Shown here in pieces: positions 44,792 through 54,898 of a DNA stretch of 54,905 nt (position 1 is the first letter of the stretch; each line of letters starts with the position of its first letter). The position numbers were made by a program, and so were the translations under genes. The DNA is from a virus (lineage: Duplodnaviria > Caudoviricetes). The notes beneath the pieces are model-generated. The model ran no database searches. It saw only the letters and a list, made by a program, of their open reading frames with translations, and was not told the DNA's origin. The stretch covers positions 1 to 54,905 of the IMG/VR virus record IMGVR_UViG_3300035138_000057. The stretch is one strand, 5' to 3'.

Positions 44792-45078
44792 TTCTGCGTA
44801 CCCTCTTTACCTGGGGTAGCGCGTCGCATAGCCTCGATCACCTTCGGGGCGTGCTCGAATGCGTTGCCGGCCGCGAGGATCCCTCCGAAGGTGGCTGCGA
44901 TCGTCGACGACCCGTCGATGAACTGCGCGGAGCTCATCTTTTCGGTGAACAGGAAAGCGTAGGAGAGCACTACCTCAGCCAGGAAGAAGGGTGGTACGAA
45001 AGCGGCGATCTTGCGTCGGCCAACCTTCGTAGCGATCTCCATCAGCCCTTCGACCAGAGTTAGCAGCTTAGCGATCAT
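44788..45078 (-). CDS. Holin-like membrane protein
   Basis: GRRK, two hydrophobic segments, AGNAFEH, basic C-terminus. Confidence 0.65.
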   Translation of the reverse strand: MIAKLLTLVEGLMEIATKVGRRKIAAFVPPFFLAEVVLSYAFLFTEKMSSAQFIDGSSTIAATFGGILAAGNAFEHAPKVIEAMRRATPGKEGTQK

Positions 45079-45127
45079 GAGAGCTCCGCACGACGTGACC
45101 TCCAGCCGATCCAGATGGTACCACGTG

Positions 45128-45385
45128 CTACGGCGGAGCGTCAACCGGAGGTTCGTAGCGGGCCCCTGTCGCTTCGATCACAGCGCGGAGCATGCCCTTG
45201 ATGTCTTCCTGGCTGTTCTCGAGAACGGTCACCCGCGCATCGAGCTCATCGATCTCCTTCCGTGCCGACCACGGATCCGCAGCGTTGACTCTATCGCAAA
45301 GGGTAAAGCCGGCGATCGCTCCGCCGAGCAGCGACGCGGCGATCCCTATCGAGGTTACGTACCATTTTGTCCTGCGTGCTGCCAT
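45128..45385 (-). CDS. TM plus coiled-coil protein (lysis-cassette type)
   Basis: One TM helix, then LDARVTVLENSQEDIK. Confidence 0.6.
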   Translation of the reverse strand: MAARRTKWYVTSIGIAASLLGGAIAGFTLCDRVNAADPWSARKEIDELDARVTVLENSQEDIKGMLRAVIEATGARYEPPVDAPP

Positions 45386-45393
45386 TGCTGCTC

Positions 45394-45705
45394 CTACGGA
45401 ACGGTTACCTCGAATTGTCCAGGCGGATCGTAGGTCACGGTGAAGACAGTCTTGCCTGTGTCTGTGTTGCATGTCGCACTGACCACGGTCCGATCGATGC
45501 AGGGATCCATCATGGTTGCGCAGGTTCCCGGCGTTTTTCCATATTCAGTGTCGAAGTCACTGCAGGTAACGTTCTCGATTTTGGCCCAGAAGTCGATGAC
45601 CTGTTGGTTGCTGTTGTTCACAGTCTTGATGAATGTCTTCGGGACATTAGCCGCAATACTGCCAAGCAACAAACCAGAGATCAAAGCAATGATTTTCTCT
45701 GTCAT
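45394..45705 (-). CDS. Signal-peptide-bearing Cys-containing protein
   Basis: MTEKIIALISGLLLGSIAA; four Cys; strong RBS. Confidence 0.75.
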   Translation of the reverse strand: MTEKIIALISGLLLGSIAANVPKTFIKTVNNSNQQVIDFWAKIENVTCSDFDTEYGKTPGTCATMMDPCIDRTVVSATCNTDTGKTVFTVTYDPPGQFEVTVP

Positions 45706-45718
45706 GGTAATCCCTCCT

Positions 45719-46996
45719 TTATGGTGACCAGTAGCAAATAACTACTGTCGCTTCCCCAGCTGAAATCGTACTCCAGTCATTATCGACTGTGATAGTAACG
45801 GTTACGCTCTTCGCGGCGTCATGCCAAGCTGTACCTGACGGAACACCCAAATCGACGCCACCTGCATTAGTCGTGTAAACATCAGGAGTGCCTGTGCTAT
45901 ATCGGTCCGGATCAGTACCATCGCCTATTTGCACAGTCGCGGTCGAGTTAGCGCCACCTGCAAACCCTGTCAAGTCGTGCAAGATAGCACGCTGCGCAAC
46001 CGCACCACTCGGAATACCGTTATTCAGAACGAGCGTCCCGACAACACCGCCTCCGTCCACGAAGTCCGCGTAGGATATGGTTTGGTTGATGCAACCGAAA
46101 CCCCCACCGTCGCCGCCAAGAGCGAATCGATTACCGCTAACCAACAGGTTGGCCGGCCCATCCTCTTCGTCATAGATGGCGAGCTCTCCGTCGGTTGTGT
46201 TGCCATCCAGTTGAATGGCTTGGGATCTATCCCCAACGAAGAAGTCCTGATCCCCGTCATTCATAAACCAAATCTCGCCGGTTGTTGTTCTTATCGATAA
46301 CCCAGTGTATGCGGGCTCGTACTCCATGATGTAGTCAAGGCCGCTACCAAGATATACTTCCTCGTTATCCTTAATCCACAAGTGCCCTTCTATGACAACC
46401 CGCCCATCAAAACGGGTTTCCGCGTCCACCTCCATTTTGACGCCTGTGATGTGTACATCATTCGCACCCACGCTGAATCCGGAGGCCGCAGGCGGCCCAA
46501 ACGTCATTTTGGCGTCGGGGTTCGTCACTGACGATGCCCGTAGGACTATCACATTAGCACCAGCGTCCTTGTAGAATTCCAGCGGATCGCACGGCGATCC
46601 CTCGCAGTCTTTCTGGGTAAGCCGTAGTCCATCAGGAGTGCCGCCCGTATCGTGCTCGATGCAAAAGTCATCATCGTCGCCCAGGCACAACGGGATATCG
46701 TCGGGCACCTTGATGCCCGTGGATGTGATGTCTACTACGTCCGCACCACCTGCCACGCAGCGCCACGTGTCTGCTGCCGCGTGCCAGCAGTACGTGTTGG
46801 GATCAGCCCCGTAGTTTCCGTAGAACTTGTTACCAGCGAGATCGGCGTCAGCGACGAACGTTCCGTCGAAGTCCGGCACGGGTAGCGTATCCCCGATCGT
46901 ACCCTGTTGAGCTCGAGCTCCAGCTTCTCTTGACCACAAACCCACAACCGTGGCGATAACGATCGCCGTTACCCAAGTGATCAGCCAACGATTCAT
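45719..46996 (-). CDS. Signal-peptide-bearing tail-fibre-like beta protein
   Basis: MNRWLITWVTAIVIATVVGLWSREAGA; repeated DD.P/E..LG.D.D fibre-like segments; Cys pairs. Confidence 0.75.
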   Translation of the reverse strand: MNRWLITWVTAIVIATVVGLWSREAGARAQQGTIGDTLPVPDFDGTFVADADLAGNKFYGNYGADPNTYCWHAAADTWRCVAGGADVVDITSTGIKVPDDIPLCLGDDDDFCIEHDTGGTPDGLRLTQKDCEGSPCDPLEFYKDAGANVIVLRASSVTNPDAKMTFGPPAASGFSVGANDVHITGVKMEVDAETRFDGRVVIEGHLWIKDNEEVYLGSGLDYIMEYEPAYTGLSIRTTTGEIWFMNDGDQDFFVGDRSQAIQLDGNTTDGELAIYDEEDGPANLLVSGNRFALGGDGGGFGCINQTISYADFVDGGGVVGTLVLNNGIPSGAVAQRAILHDLTGFAGGANSTATVQIGDGTDPDRYSTGTPDVYTTNAGGVDLGVPSGTAWHDAAKSVTVTITVDNDWSTISAGEATVVICYWSP

Positions 46997-47454
46997 CGCT
47001 GCACTCCCGCTCGCATAGAGATGGACTTCACCAAGTCAGTTCCGTCCGGTGTGCCCAACGCGGCTACAGTACACTGAAAGTACTCCGCGCTGAGCCCGAC
47101 GAGCGACCACCGCAGTGCGCCCGATGCGCTCACCGGGATCCGCAACAGCTGGTTGCTCCCGTCGTAGGTGCCATCCGTCGAGGTTTCCTTGAACGACTGG
47201 TGCGTTCCGAGGGCCGAGGTTGACGGGCCGTCCGCGCAGCTCAACGTCACGTGGGTGACGTTACCGCTCCCGTGCTCGTAGTCCACCCAAACGGTTACCG
47301 TGTCCCAACCTCCGATAGCGATCGGATCGAAGGTCACCGCCGAGGTCAACGGCGCGTCGCTGATCAGCGTTCCGCTCGCCAGCGCTACGTAGTCCGCGTA
47401 AGGTTGCGGGCCCGGACCAGTTGCCAGGACCAACGCCAGTAGAACTGCTCTCAT
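46993..47454 (-). CDS. Signal-peptide-bearing beta-sandwich protein
   Basis: MRAVLLALVLA after AGGAGG RBS; two Cys. Confidence 0.75.
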   Translation of the reverse strand: MRAVLLALVLATGPGPQPYADYVALASGTLISDAPLTSAVTFDPIAIGGWDTVTVWVDYEHGSGNVTHVTLSCADGPSTSALGTHQSFKETSTDGTYDGSNQLLRIPVSASGALRWSLVGLSAEYFQCTVAALGTPDGTDLVKSISMRAGVQR

Positions 47455-47473
47455 AGGCCTCCTCCTGCTTACC

Positions 47474-50239
47474 TTAGAGTTGCACCTGCTGTCCCGCGAA
47501 GTCAATACCCACGGTCTGAGTGGTACCGAAGGCGTGCCTCAGGTAACCTCTGATCTTGTCTCCAGCTAAGAATCGTTGCGGCCCTGAGATGGCGTAAACT
47601 CTCGCGTAGACCGTTGCGCTGGCTGTTCCGTTAGCGATCACTAGGTCGGTCTCGGATCCACCCACCTGCTGGTACGTCAGCTTCGTCATGATCTCGTAAG
47701 CCGTGGCCGACGTGGGAAAGATACCGGCGAAGACGAACGAGTACAACCCATCACGAGGGACCACGTAATAGTCATTCGTCAGATCGAGGTTTCCGCCGTA
47801 GTCAAAACCGTTGTAGGGCGAAGCCGCCTCGATATCAGCTTGCACCCAGGTACCCGTTGCCACGGAGGTGCCAGAAGTGCTAACCCCTTGGAAGGCATCT
47901 AGCTGCCTGACGAGCTCAGCTCGGTCAACGTAGATGTTCGGTGAAACGGATCCCCCGCTGTACGTTCGGTAAACCAGCACTCTCCCGTAACGAGCTGTCG
48001 ACGGAGCCACTACCTGAATGTAGTTCTCCACGTCGTACCAAACGTCAGCTGTAACCGATCCGATGTCGTAGGTGCCGTAGAAACTGCTCAGGGGGGGCGC
48101 TGTTTTGTTGATGTCCTCAAACTCCACCATGACGTAGATCTGCGCGTCGCTGTCCACCGCATCAGAGAGGAACCTAGCCCGCACCTTATACAGATCTCCC
48201 TCGGTCACCGGGAACCACTCCGAAACCGCACCAACCGATGCGGTCGCGACGGCTCTGAAGTGCAGCGAACGACCTCCTGACAGCTGTACCGAGGTCGAGT
48301 AATAGATGTCAGCCGAAGCCCCGTACGACCCATAGTGCTCCGCCCAGCGATCGGGCATGTGCGTAGTGGGGTCCAACGTTTGAGCGTTGAAGTCCGGATT
48401 AAACGTTAGGGTAGCCTTCTCCGACTCGGGGTTCTCGTGGTAGGGGCCCACCAGTTGCGTAGCCACGAGTACTTGCGTACTCGTCGCTGCGACGTTCCCA
48501 GCCTCGTCGATGATGATCAGCTTCGCGTAGTACGTCTGCCCTGGAACGAGCCCTGCGACCTCGAACCGAGTCTGCCTACCCGAACCCTTGAGGTTCGCCG
48601 CCGACGGCGTGAACCCGCTCGAGGTAGCTACATGACACCGGGTGTAAGCCCAATCATCGATCGGCGGATCCATCGTCCGGGGATCGTCGTAAGTCACGAT
48701 GATCCCCATCAGGTTAGATTCGATAGCCACATTGCTCGCTGCTGCGTCCGCGTAGTGGTCCGCCTCCGGAGCGATGCCCGGCAGGGTCTCCAGCTCGAGC
48801 CACCTGCGCAGACCTCCGGACGGCTTCCCACGCACCTCGACCGTAGTCCGGCTAGCTTGTTTGTGGCTAACCGCGTGCACCACGCTGCTCACCGCGAGGT
48901 CCTGGTCCGAATCGAAGTACCGACTCGTCGCGAGCCACCGGTAGAGATCCCCAACCTCCGCCGGCCAGAACAGCGGAAGCACGAACCCCGCGAGCGCCGT
49001 AGGCTCCGCGAGATCCGATAGCGCGGCATCCCCTAACGCGTTCGCTTCGATCAGCGTGTCGATTAGCGAACTGCTGCTCTCTGCGATATCCATCGCGCGC
49101 AGCCCGTACTTGTCCTGCGACGACGTGTCGTTACGGGTAGTCGTGGTCCGGTCGTCCGCGGTTCCGTACGTTACCCGCACCCGGTTCCGGATATCGGCGA
49201 TCGATAAACCTACCTCCGAGAGGTCCGCGATGAAGTCATCGCTGAACTCCTCGTCCGGCGTGGTCTTGCTGCGGTCGGGTTCGTAGAACGTCAGCGCGAA
49301 GGCCGCGAGGTTCGAGTGCCACCGGTACCGCACCTGCCAACCGATCTGTCGCGCGATGTCCTCCTGCAGCGCAGTGAGGAGACGCCGCTTACCTTGTTTG
49401 AACGTCTTCACCAACCAGTCAGGACTGTCGTCCCACGTCCCCCCGTTACGGTAGAGCGGATCGGACAATGTGCCGTTGACAGCGTAGAGCGTCACCCGGC
49501 TCTCCCCCGCGATCCACACCGTGGCGCTCGAACCGGTCGGGATGGTTCTATTAGACGGATTCGAGATCGTGATACTCGTGTTAGGCACGATCGACGCGAT
49601 CTCGAATAAAGGTGCCTCGGTCAAGCCTACGTAGTCCCCCACGTCCACCTCCGACGTGTCCGACGTCGTAACGGTGGTAGTGCCGTTCCACGTGTACGTC
49701 GCGACCAGGGTCTCTAGGTCCTGGCTGTAGTCGTCGAGGAGGTCCTGCATCACGAGCTCAGCGCGTACCCCGGACGCCGTCCCGTACACCCGTTGGGTCT
49801 CCATCCAGGTATCGAGCAGCCGTCCGCCTTGGTCCCGGCCGCGGATCTCGATCGTCGCGCGGTTGATCTTGTAAGCGTCGATCGCTCCTCGGAACACCTC
49901 GTGCCAGTCCGTTGCCTGCGGCTGCACGTCCAGCGGCACCACCGCCATCTCGATCACTACCGGACGGTTCAACACGATCAGCGCTCCGCTAGCGTTGAGC
50001 TTCGAGGCATCGACGAACGGCGAGAGGTTGAGGAAGAACTGCGCCAGCTCGAGCGTTGCCTTGAACTGCACGCACGCCGCGTCGACGCCGTCCTGCACCC
50101 GCACCTCGTGCACCCAGTCGCGTCCCTCGAGGTCCGATAGGTTCACCCAAGTACCTGACCGCAACACCTTCACCCGTGCGTGCGCCGCTCGCTCCTGCTT
50201 GAGGAGCACAGCTAGCTCGTTGGCCGTTACGCTTCTCAC
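47474..50239 (-). CDS. Tail tip / baseplate hub protein with FN3 and carbohydrate-binding-like domains
   Basis: 921 aa after distal tail; SQDKYGLR, GFTPSAANL..GLVPGQTYY..DEAGN FN3; C-terminal C1q-like YVVPRDGLYSF. Confidence 0.85.
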   Translation of the reverse strand: MRSVTANELAVLLKQERAAHARVKVLRSGTWVNLSDLEGRDWVHEVRVQDGVDAACVQFKATLELAQFFLNLSPFVDASKLNASGALIVLNRPVVIEMAVVPLDVQPQATDWHEVFRGAIDAYKINRATIEIRGRDQGGRLLDTWMETQRVYGTASGVRAELVMQDLLDDYSQDLETLVATYTWNGTTTVTTSDTSEVDVGDYVGLTEAPLFEIASIVPNTSITISNPSNRTIPTGSSATVWIAGESRVTLYAVNGTLSDPLYRNGGTWDDSPDWLVKTFKQGKRRLLTALQEDIARQIGWQVRYRWHSNLAAFALTFYEPDRSKTTPDEEFSDDFIADLSEVGLSIADIRNRVRVTYGTADDRTTTTRNDTSSQDKYGLRAMDIAESSSSLIDTLIEANALGDAALSDLAEPTALAGFVLPLFWPAEVGDLYRWLATSRYFDSDQDLAVSSVVHAVSHKQASRTTVEVRGKPSGGLRRWLELETLPGIAPEADHYADAAASNVAIESNLMGIIVTYDDPRTMDPPIDDWAYTRCHVATSSGFTPSAANLKGSGRQTRFEVAGLVPGQTYYAKLIIIDEAGNVAATSTQVLVATQLVGPYHENPESEKATLTFNPDFNAQTLDPTTHMPDRWAEHYGSYGASADIYYSTSVQLSGGRSLHFRAVATASVGAVSEWFPVTEGDLYKVRARFLSDAVDSDAQIYVMVEFEDINKTAPPLSSFYGTYDIGSVTADVWYDVENYIQVVAPSTARYGRVLVYRTYSGGSVSPNIYVDRAELVRQLDAFQGVSTSGTSVATGTWVQADIEAASPYNGFDYGGNLDLTNDYYVVPRDGLYSFVFAGIFPTSATAYEIMTKLTYQQVGGSETDLVIANGTASATVYARVYAISGPQRFLAGDKIRGYLRHAFGTTQTVGIDFAGQQVQL

Positions 50240-51762
50240 CGCTCCTCCAGCTCGAACGAGAGCCGCTCGAGGTGCACTTGCCAGCTCCCGTCGGCCACCG
50301 CTTGCACGTAGGGACCCCCGGCTAGCTTCCCGATCGCTTCCACCGACAGATCGGTCTCACGGATCGCGTCCCCGTGCACCAGCACCCGCGGAAGCGCTGA
50401 CTGCGCGCGGCCGAACGCGTACCAGTTCGCGATCTGAGCAGCGCTCGCGGCGTAAGGTACGATCAACAGGTCGTCGATCAAACCACCGCTGAACTGTGCA
50501 CCCCCGTAGGTATTACCGATCTTTAAAAAACCAGCTGAAGCTATAGCTGGGATCCCTGCCGGATCGGAGTAATCAACTAGAATACTATCAACATACAACT
50601 CCTTGATGTGCTCAAGCGATGTCGGAGAAGTTCGTAAAACAGCGGTAATCATATGCCATTCCTCGTCATTCCAGATACCGGTATCACTTAACATATCCCA
50701 ATTACCAGCCGACGCATCAGTAGTAATAAAGGAAACATTATCAACTGATGCATCTCTAAATACTACAAAGCTATTAGCGCCGACGGTCGTACCGATGGCA
50801 AATACATACCTAATGTCAGTAGAATTATGATAGAGGCTCCTGGCCCAACAGCTGAAGGTTAGATCACGATAACCACTCAGAACCGATGAATCGTATTCCA
50901 ACACCCCCGCTGCCCGCGAACCGTCCACCCACGAGGTGGGTACTTCGCCTTCCTCGATCTGAAGCCCGTCGCAGTAAAACACGCTAATGGCGTTTCCTAC
51001 CTGCTCCTCGATCTCTAATCGGATGCTACGACAATCGCTTCCCCCGATCGTGATCGTGCAGACGAGCCAGTACCAGGTATCAGCGGTCATCGCTAGGGAG
51101 TACGTCCACGCTCCGGCTGCAGCGTTAGTCACGTCGTACAAACGAATCTTCACCAACTCGTTGTCCGACGGCGCCTTGACGTACACGCTCCCAGAATAGG
51201 TCTTCCCAGCGCTACCCGCACCCGGATCAACTGCAGTGGTATAAGCACCGTCAGTGGGAAAAGACCCGTTCGTGGTCACCTTGAGGGACTTAGTGCCCTG
51301 CCAGTAGTTGCTGGTATCGACGGCGAGCACCGCCGCGTTGATCGCGCTGTACCCCGTGGGGGCGTTCTCCGCATCTCTGGAGTCCGCCCCCAAGATGTTG
51401 GTAGTCGCACGTTCTACAGCCACCGCTCCGGTGTACTTGCTCTCGAGGTACACCGGGGCTCCGTCCGCCGCGGTCCCGCTGCGCAGCGTTCGCACCGCAC
51501 CGCTCTCTGCCGGAAGCCCTTTACCGCTGTAGTCGTCAACGTCGAACGGCCAGCTGTGACCGAGCCCCTGCACGATCGCCTTTACGGCGGTAGCTTCCCC
51601 CCGTAACAACGGAGTGGTCTCCACCTTCCACACACGCTTCTGCGTCAAGCGGTCCACCAAGGGCGTCCCAACCAATCCGTACGCCCGCGAACCGACTTCG
51701 CGCACGCTTTCCTCGAAGCTCGCCACGCTGATCGGCCGGCCGTTGAGCTCTAGAAAACTCAC
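50236..51762 (-). CDS. Distal tail protein with inserted CBM-like and LamG domains
   Basis: MSFLELNG..KRVWKVET; YCDGLQIEEG; WHMITAV..LYVDS..IDDLLI. Confidence 0.8.
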   Translation of the reverse strand: MSFLELNGRPISVASFEESVREVGSRAYGLVGTPLVDRLTQKRVWKVETTPLLRGEATAVKAIVQGLGHSWPFDVDDYSGKGLPAESGAVRTLRSGTAADGAPVYLESKYTGAVAVERATTNILGADSRDAENAPTGYSAINAAVLAVDTSNYWQGTKSLKVTTNGSFPTDGAYTTAVDPGAGSAGKTYSGSVYVKAPSDNELVKIRLYDVTNAAAGAWTYSLAMTADTWYWLVCTITIGGSDCRSIRLEIEEQVGNAISVFYCDGLQIEEGEVPTSWVDGSRAAGVLEYDSSVLSGYRDLTFSCWARSLYHNSTDIRYVFAIGTTVGANSFVVFRDASVDNVSFITTDASAGNWDMLSDTGIWNDEEWHMITAVLRTSPTSLEHIKELYVDSILVDYSDPAGIPAIASAGFLKIGNTYGGAQFSGGLIDDLLIVPYAASAAQIANWYAFGRAQSALPRVLVHGDAIRETDLSVEAIGKLAGGPYVQAVADGSWQVHLERLSFELEER

Positions 51763-54611
51763 TTTGATACGCTCCGTGGTGCTCCTATCACCGTTGTACC
51801 CCGTTCCCCGAAGTTCCGATTGCGCGCCGCTGCCGCCAATCGGTCCGCCGCCTCCTCAGGATCACTGACCTGCACGATGATCGTAGCACCCTCAAAGGGT
51901 GCCGAACCCCCACCTGCGCCAGCCACCGCCGCGGGCACCACGTCCTCACCGACAATCGCTCCGAAGCGAGCCGAAGCTACCTTGAAGACGTCGGGTACGT
52001 TGCCCAACGAGGCGTTGACCTCCTTCACGGTGGAGTTCAGGTCACCCATCGACGACGTGCTCTCGTCCACCGCCTCGGTGTTATCCTCGACTGAGCTCGT
52101 CGCCTCATCGTAGGCGGACGACGTGTCGTACATGTTTATCTTTGATCTCCGCAGAGCACGTGCTGCTCCGCCAGAGAAGATACCCACTATCTTGGCAACG
52201 ATCTCGATCAAGGTGTTCCAGATCTTGGCCACCACCGACATGATCGCATGAAGAATCTTCCCCACCACCATCAGCACACGACCTACCAAATCAATTATTG
52301 GAATCAACAGCTTGAGAATTGAAAACAGACCTAACAACGGCGTCAGGATGTTACCCAAAGCGGCGATCACCGGGCCGAGCGCGTTGAAGAAAGGCTCAAG
52401 CACCTTCACCAAAACACCAAAGATCCTCGCCCCGACCTTCAGAAGTGTCTTGAAAGCTTTTGACTCCTTGAACAACGACGTAAAAGCTGCGGCTGCAGCA
52501 CCCCAGACACCACCCTTAGTAAAACCTTCCACGGTACTCGTGATCAGTTCCCCGGCGCTCCCAAGCGAGTCCACCACCGAGTTAACCATACCCCCTGCAG
52601 CGCCCATAACTTTCGCAGGGCCTTCCCCCCTCGCCTCACCTTCGGACACAGCTGCTTTGAGCTCGAGGTCCGCCGACGCTTGCCTGAATGCATCAGCCAT
52701 CGCAGCGCTTAACTCTGAAACCATCATACCACGATCTACCTTGCCACCAGGAGCACCAGGCACCGTTGCCATCGCAGGTGCAGTAGCTGCAGCGAGCTGC
52801 GCAGGCATGTCGAAGGCATCCTGCATCAATTCGTCGAAAGTGGCGGTAAACAAACTCTTGATCGTCGCGAAACCGTCCTTGAACGAATCCACGAAGAACC
52901 CACCAATGGTTTTCGCCCCCTCAGCCAGGTCGTCGACGTAGTACCCAAACACCTCACCCGCATCGCTGAAAGCATCACCCAGAACCTTGCCTATATCCTT
53001 CGCCTTGTCCTTCACGTCGTCGAACAACTCATCGGCGGTCGTAGGCAGCTGGATGTCGATCTTCCCCATGGTGATCTTCTCGATCGCGGTGGTCACCCAA
53101 CCCAGACCCTTCAAGGCCATGTTGACCATTTCCTTAACCACGATCACCACCCACTTCTTTACGAAGACAAAGGCTTCGTAGATCTTCTGCGCAATTGTCT
53201 TCGTCGTATCCACGAAGCTCATCACGATCGTTCTAATATAACCGAAGTCAGCTTTCCACGCCTTTTTCAGCAACCCAACATAGAGGATCACTCCAGCGAT
53301 GGCTCCTACCACCACCCCAATTGCCACGACAACAGGCCAGAACGCAGCAGTGATAGCTGCGCCAACACCTGTAGCCACGGTGCCCAGAAAAGCGAAGCCG
53401 GTAGCTAACCCTGGGATCGCCAGCCCCACTAAAGCCAGCACCGCGGTCAGCCCAGCTACCGCAGCCGTCACCCCTCCTAAGATCACAGCCGCGACCTTCC
53501 ACCCCTTGCCTAGATCTTGAAACCAACCGATCGCCGCGCGGGCCCATTCGTTCAGCTTCCGCGCTGCGGGCATGAGGATCTCCCCGATCTCGATCGCGAG
53601 TCGTTCCACCTGGCTCCCCAGGATCAGCATCTGCCCTGAGAACGTTTTCATCTCCGCCTCGGCGATCCGCTTCGCAATGCCACCTGAGTCCTCGAGCTTG
53701 GTGATCAACTGATCCAAGGCGTCCGAACCCATACCGATCAACGCAGCCATACCGGGACCAGCGCGCAGCCCGAAGATCTGCATGATGGCTCCGGTGTTCG
53801 CCGCGTGTGGTTCGAGACGTTTGATGATCTCAGTCATGCCGAGCAGCTTGCCGCTCGAGTCCGTGAGCTTCACCCCGAGCGAGGCCAGCGCGTCCCGAAC
53901 CTCGGCCGAGGGGTTGAGCAGCCGCGCGAACGCGCCTCGCAACGTAGTACCAGCCATGCTTCCTTGGATACCTGCGTTACCCAGCAACGCGATCGAAGCC
54001 GCGGTGTCCTCAAAACTTATCCCGGCGCTCTTTGCCACCGGACCGACGTACTTGAAAGCCGACCCCAGCTGCGCGACGTCAACGTTCGCGCTGGTGATCG
54101 CCTTTACCATTACGTCAACGCTCCCTCCCAACTGCTCCGTGCTCTGCCCGAACCCCGCCATGATGTTCGTAACGATGTCCGCCGCGGAGCCCAGGTCGAT
54201 CGCTCCGGCCGCAGCGAGATCCAATACGTGCGGCATTCCCCCCACGATTTGATTGGTCTTCATACCAGCCATCGCCATGAACTGCATACCCTGCGACACC
54301 TGCACCGCAGTGTACTTCGTCCCCGACGCGAGGTCGAGTGCACTCTGTCGCAGACGTCCGAACTCCTGCGTCGTAGCCTGCGACACCGCGCGCACGCGAG
54401 TCATCCCCGCCTCGAACTGCGACGCGGTTCGTAGAGCCTTAACCCCCACAGCTGTCAACGCACCACTTAGGACCCCGGCTCCGACGGCAACCTTGGTGAG
54501 CTGACCTTTCATTGCGTCCAGCTGAGCTACGGATCCCTTCATCGACGTAGCGAACTGCGCAGCGTCCGCCCGCAGCTTAACTACTAAGGTGCCTAGAACC
54601 GTAGCCCCCAC
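51759..54611 (-). CDS. Tape measure protein (TP901 family)
   Basis: FEAGMTRVRAVS, TKYTAVQV, VLDLAAAG, KYVGPVA, GIQGSMAGTTLR; 950 aa. Confidence 0.96.
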   Translation of the reverse strand: MGATVLGTLVVKLRADAAQFATSMKGSVAQLDAMKGQLTKVAVGAGVLSGALTAVGVKALRTASQFEAGMTRVRAVSQATTQEFGRLRQSALDLASGTKYTAVQVSQGMQFMAMAGMKTNQIVGGMPHVLDLAAAGAIDLGSAADIVTNIMAGFGQSTEQLGGSVDVMVKAITSANVDVAQLGSAFKYVGPVAKSAGISFEDTAASIALLGNAGIQGSMAGTTLRGAFARLLNPSAEVRDALASLGVKLTDSSGKLLGMTEIIKRLEPHAANTGAIMQIFGLRAGPGMAALIGMGSDALDQLITKLEDSGGIAKRIAEAEMKTFSGQMLILGSQVERLAIEIGEILMPAARKLNEWARAAIGWFQDLGKGWKVAAVILGGVTAAVAGLTAVLALVGLAIPGLATGFAFLGTVATGVGAAITAAFWPVVVAIGVVVGAIAGVILYVGLLKKAWKADFGYIRTIVMSFVDTTKTIAQKIYEAFVFVKKWVVIVVKEMVNMALKGLGWVTTAIEKITMGKIDIQLPTTADELFDDVKDKAKDIGKVLGDAFSDAGEVFGYYVDDLAEGAKTIGGFFVDSFKDGFATIKSLFTATFDELMQDAFDMPAQLAAATAPAMATVPGAPGGKVDRGMMVSELSAAMADAFRQASADLELKAAVSEGEARGEGPAKVMGAAGGMVNSVVDSLGSAGELITSTVEGFTKGGVWGAAAAAFTSLFKESKAFKTLLKVGARIFGVLVKVLEPFFNALGPVIAALGNILTPLLGLFSILKLLIPIIDLVGRVLMVVGKILHAIMSVVAKIWNTLIEIVAKIVGIFSGGAARALRRSKINMYDTSSAYDEATSSVEDNTEAVDESTSSMGDLNSTVKEVNASLGNVPDVFKVASARFGAIVGEDVVPAAVAGAGGGSAPFEGATIIVQVSDPEEAADRLAAAARNRNFGERGTTVIGAPRSVSK

Positions 54612-54898
54612 TACCTACCTCGCTCCCGCTTTTGCTGAAAGTACTCCGTGATCTCCTGCCTAGTCATTTCATGTGAGAAGCTCTTACAACCCATGAGGCG
54701 GTTGACGGTGATCCTGGGACCCTTCGCCCCCAGGCAACCCCGCATGTAATTCATGAGGTTGGCCTGCAGCTCGCATAACCACAACCGCTGGCGGTGCAAA
54801 CCACGGTTGAAAGCTCTTACCACGAGCTGCACCTCGACAGGAGTCAGGTCCCAGATCTCGTCGATGCTTAGACCTGCCTCGAGCCCCAGCAAGGTCAA
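54611..54898 (-). CDS. Tail assembly chaperone extension (gpT-like)
   Basis: IWDLTPVE motif; lies between TAC and tape measure across the junction. Confidence 0.8.
   Translation of the reverse strand: MTLLGLEAGLSIDEIWDLTPVEVQLVVRAFNRGLHRQRLWLCELQANLMNYMRGCLGAKGPRITVNRLMGCKSFSHEMTRQEITEYFQQKRERGR

Noticed and set aside
45719-51762. Diversity-generating retroelement acting on tail genes
   Set aside because: No reverse transcriptase and no TR/VR repeat pair noticed
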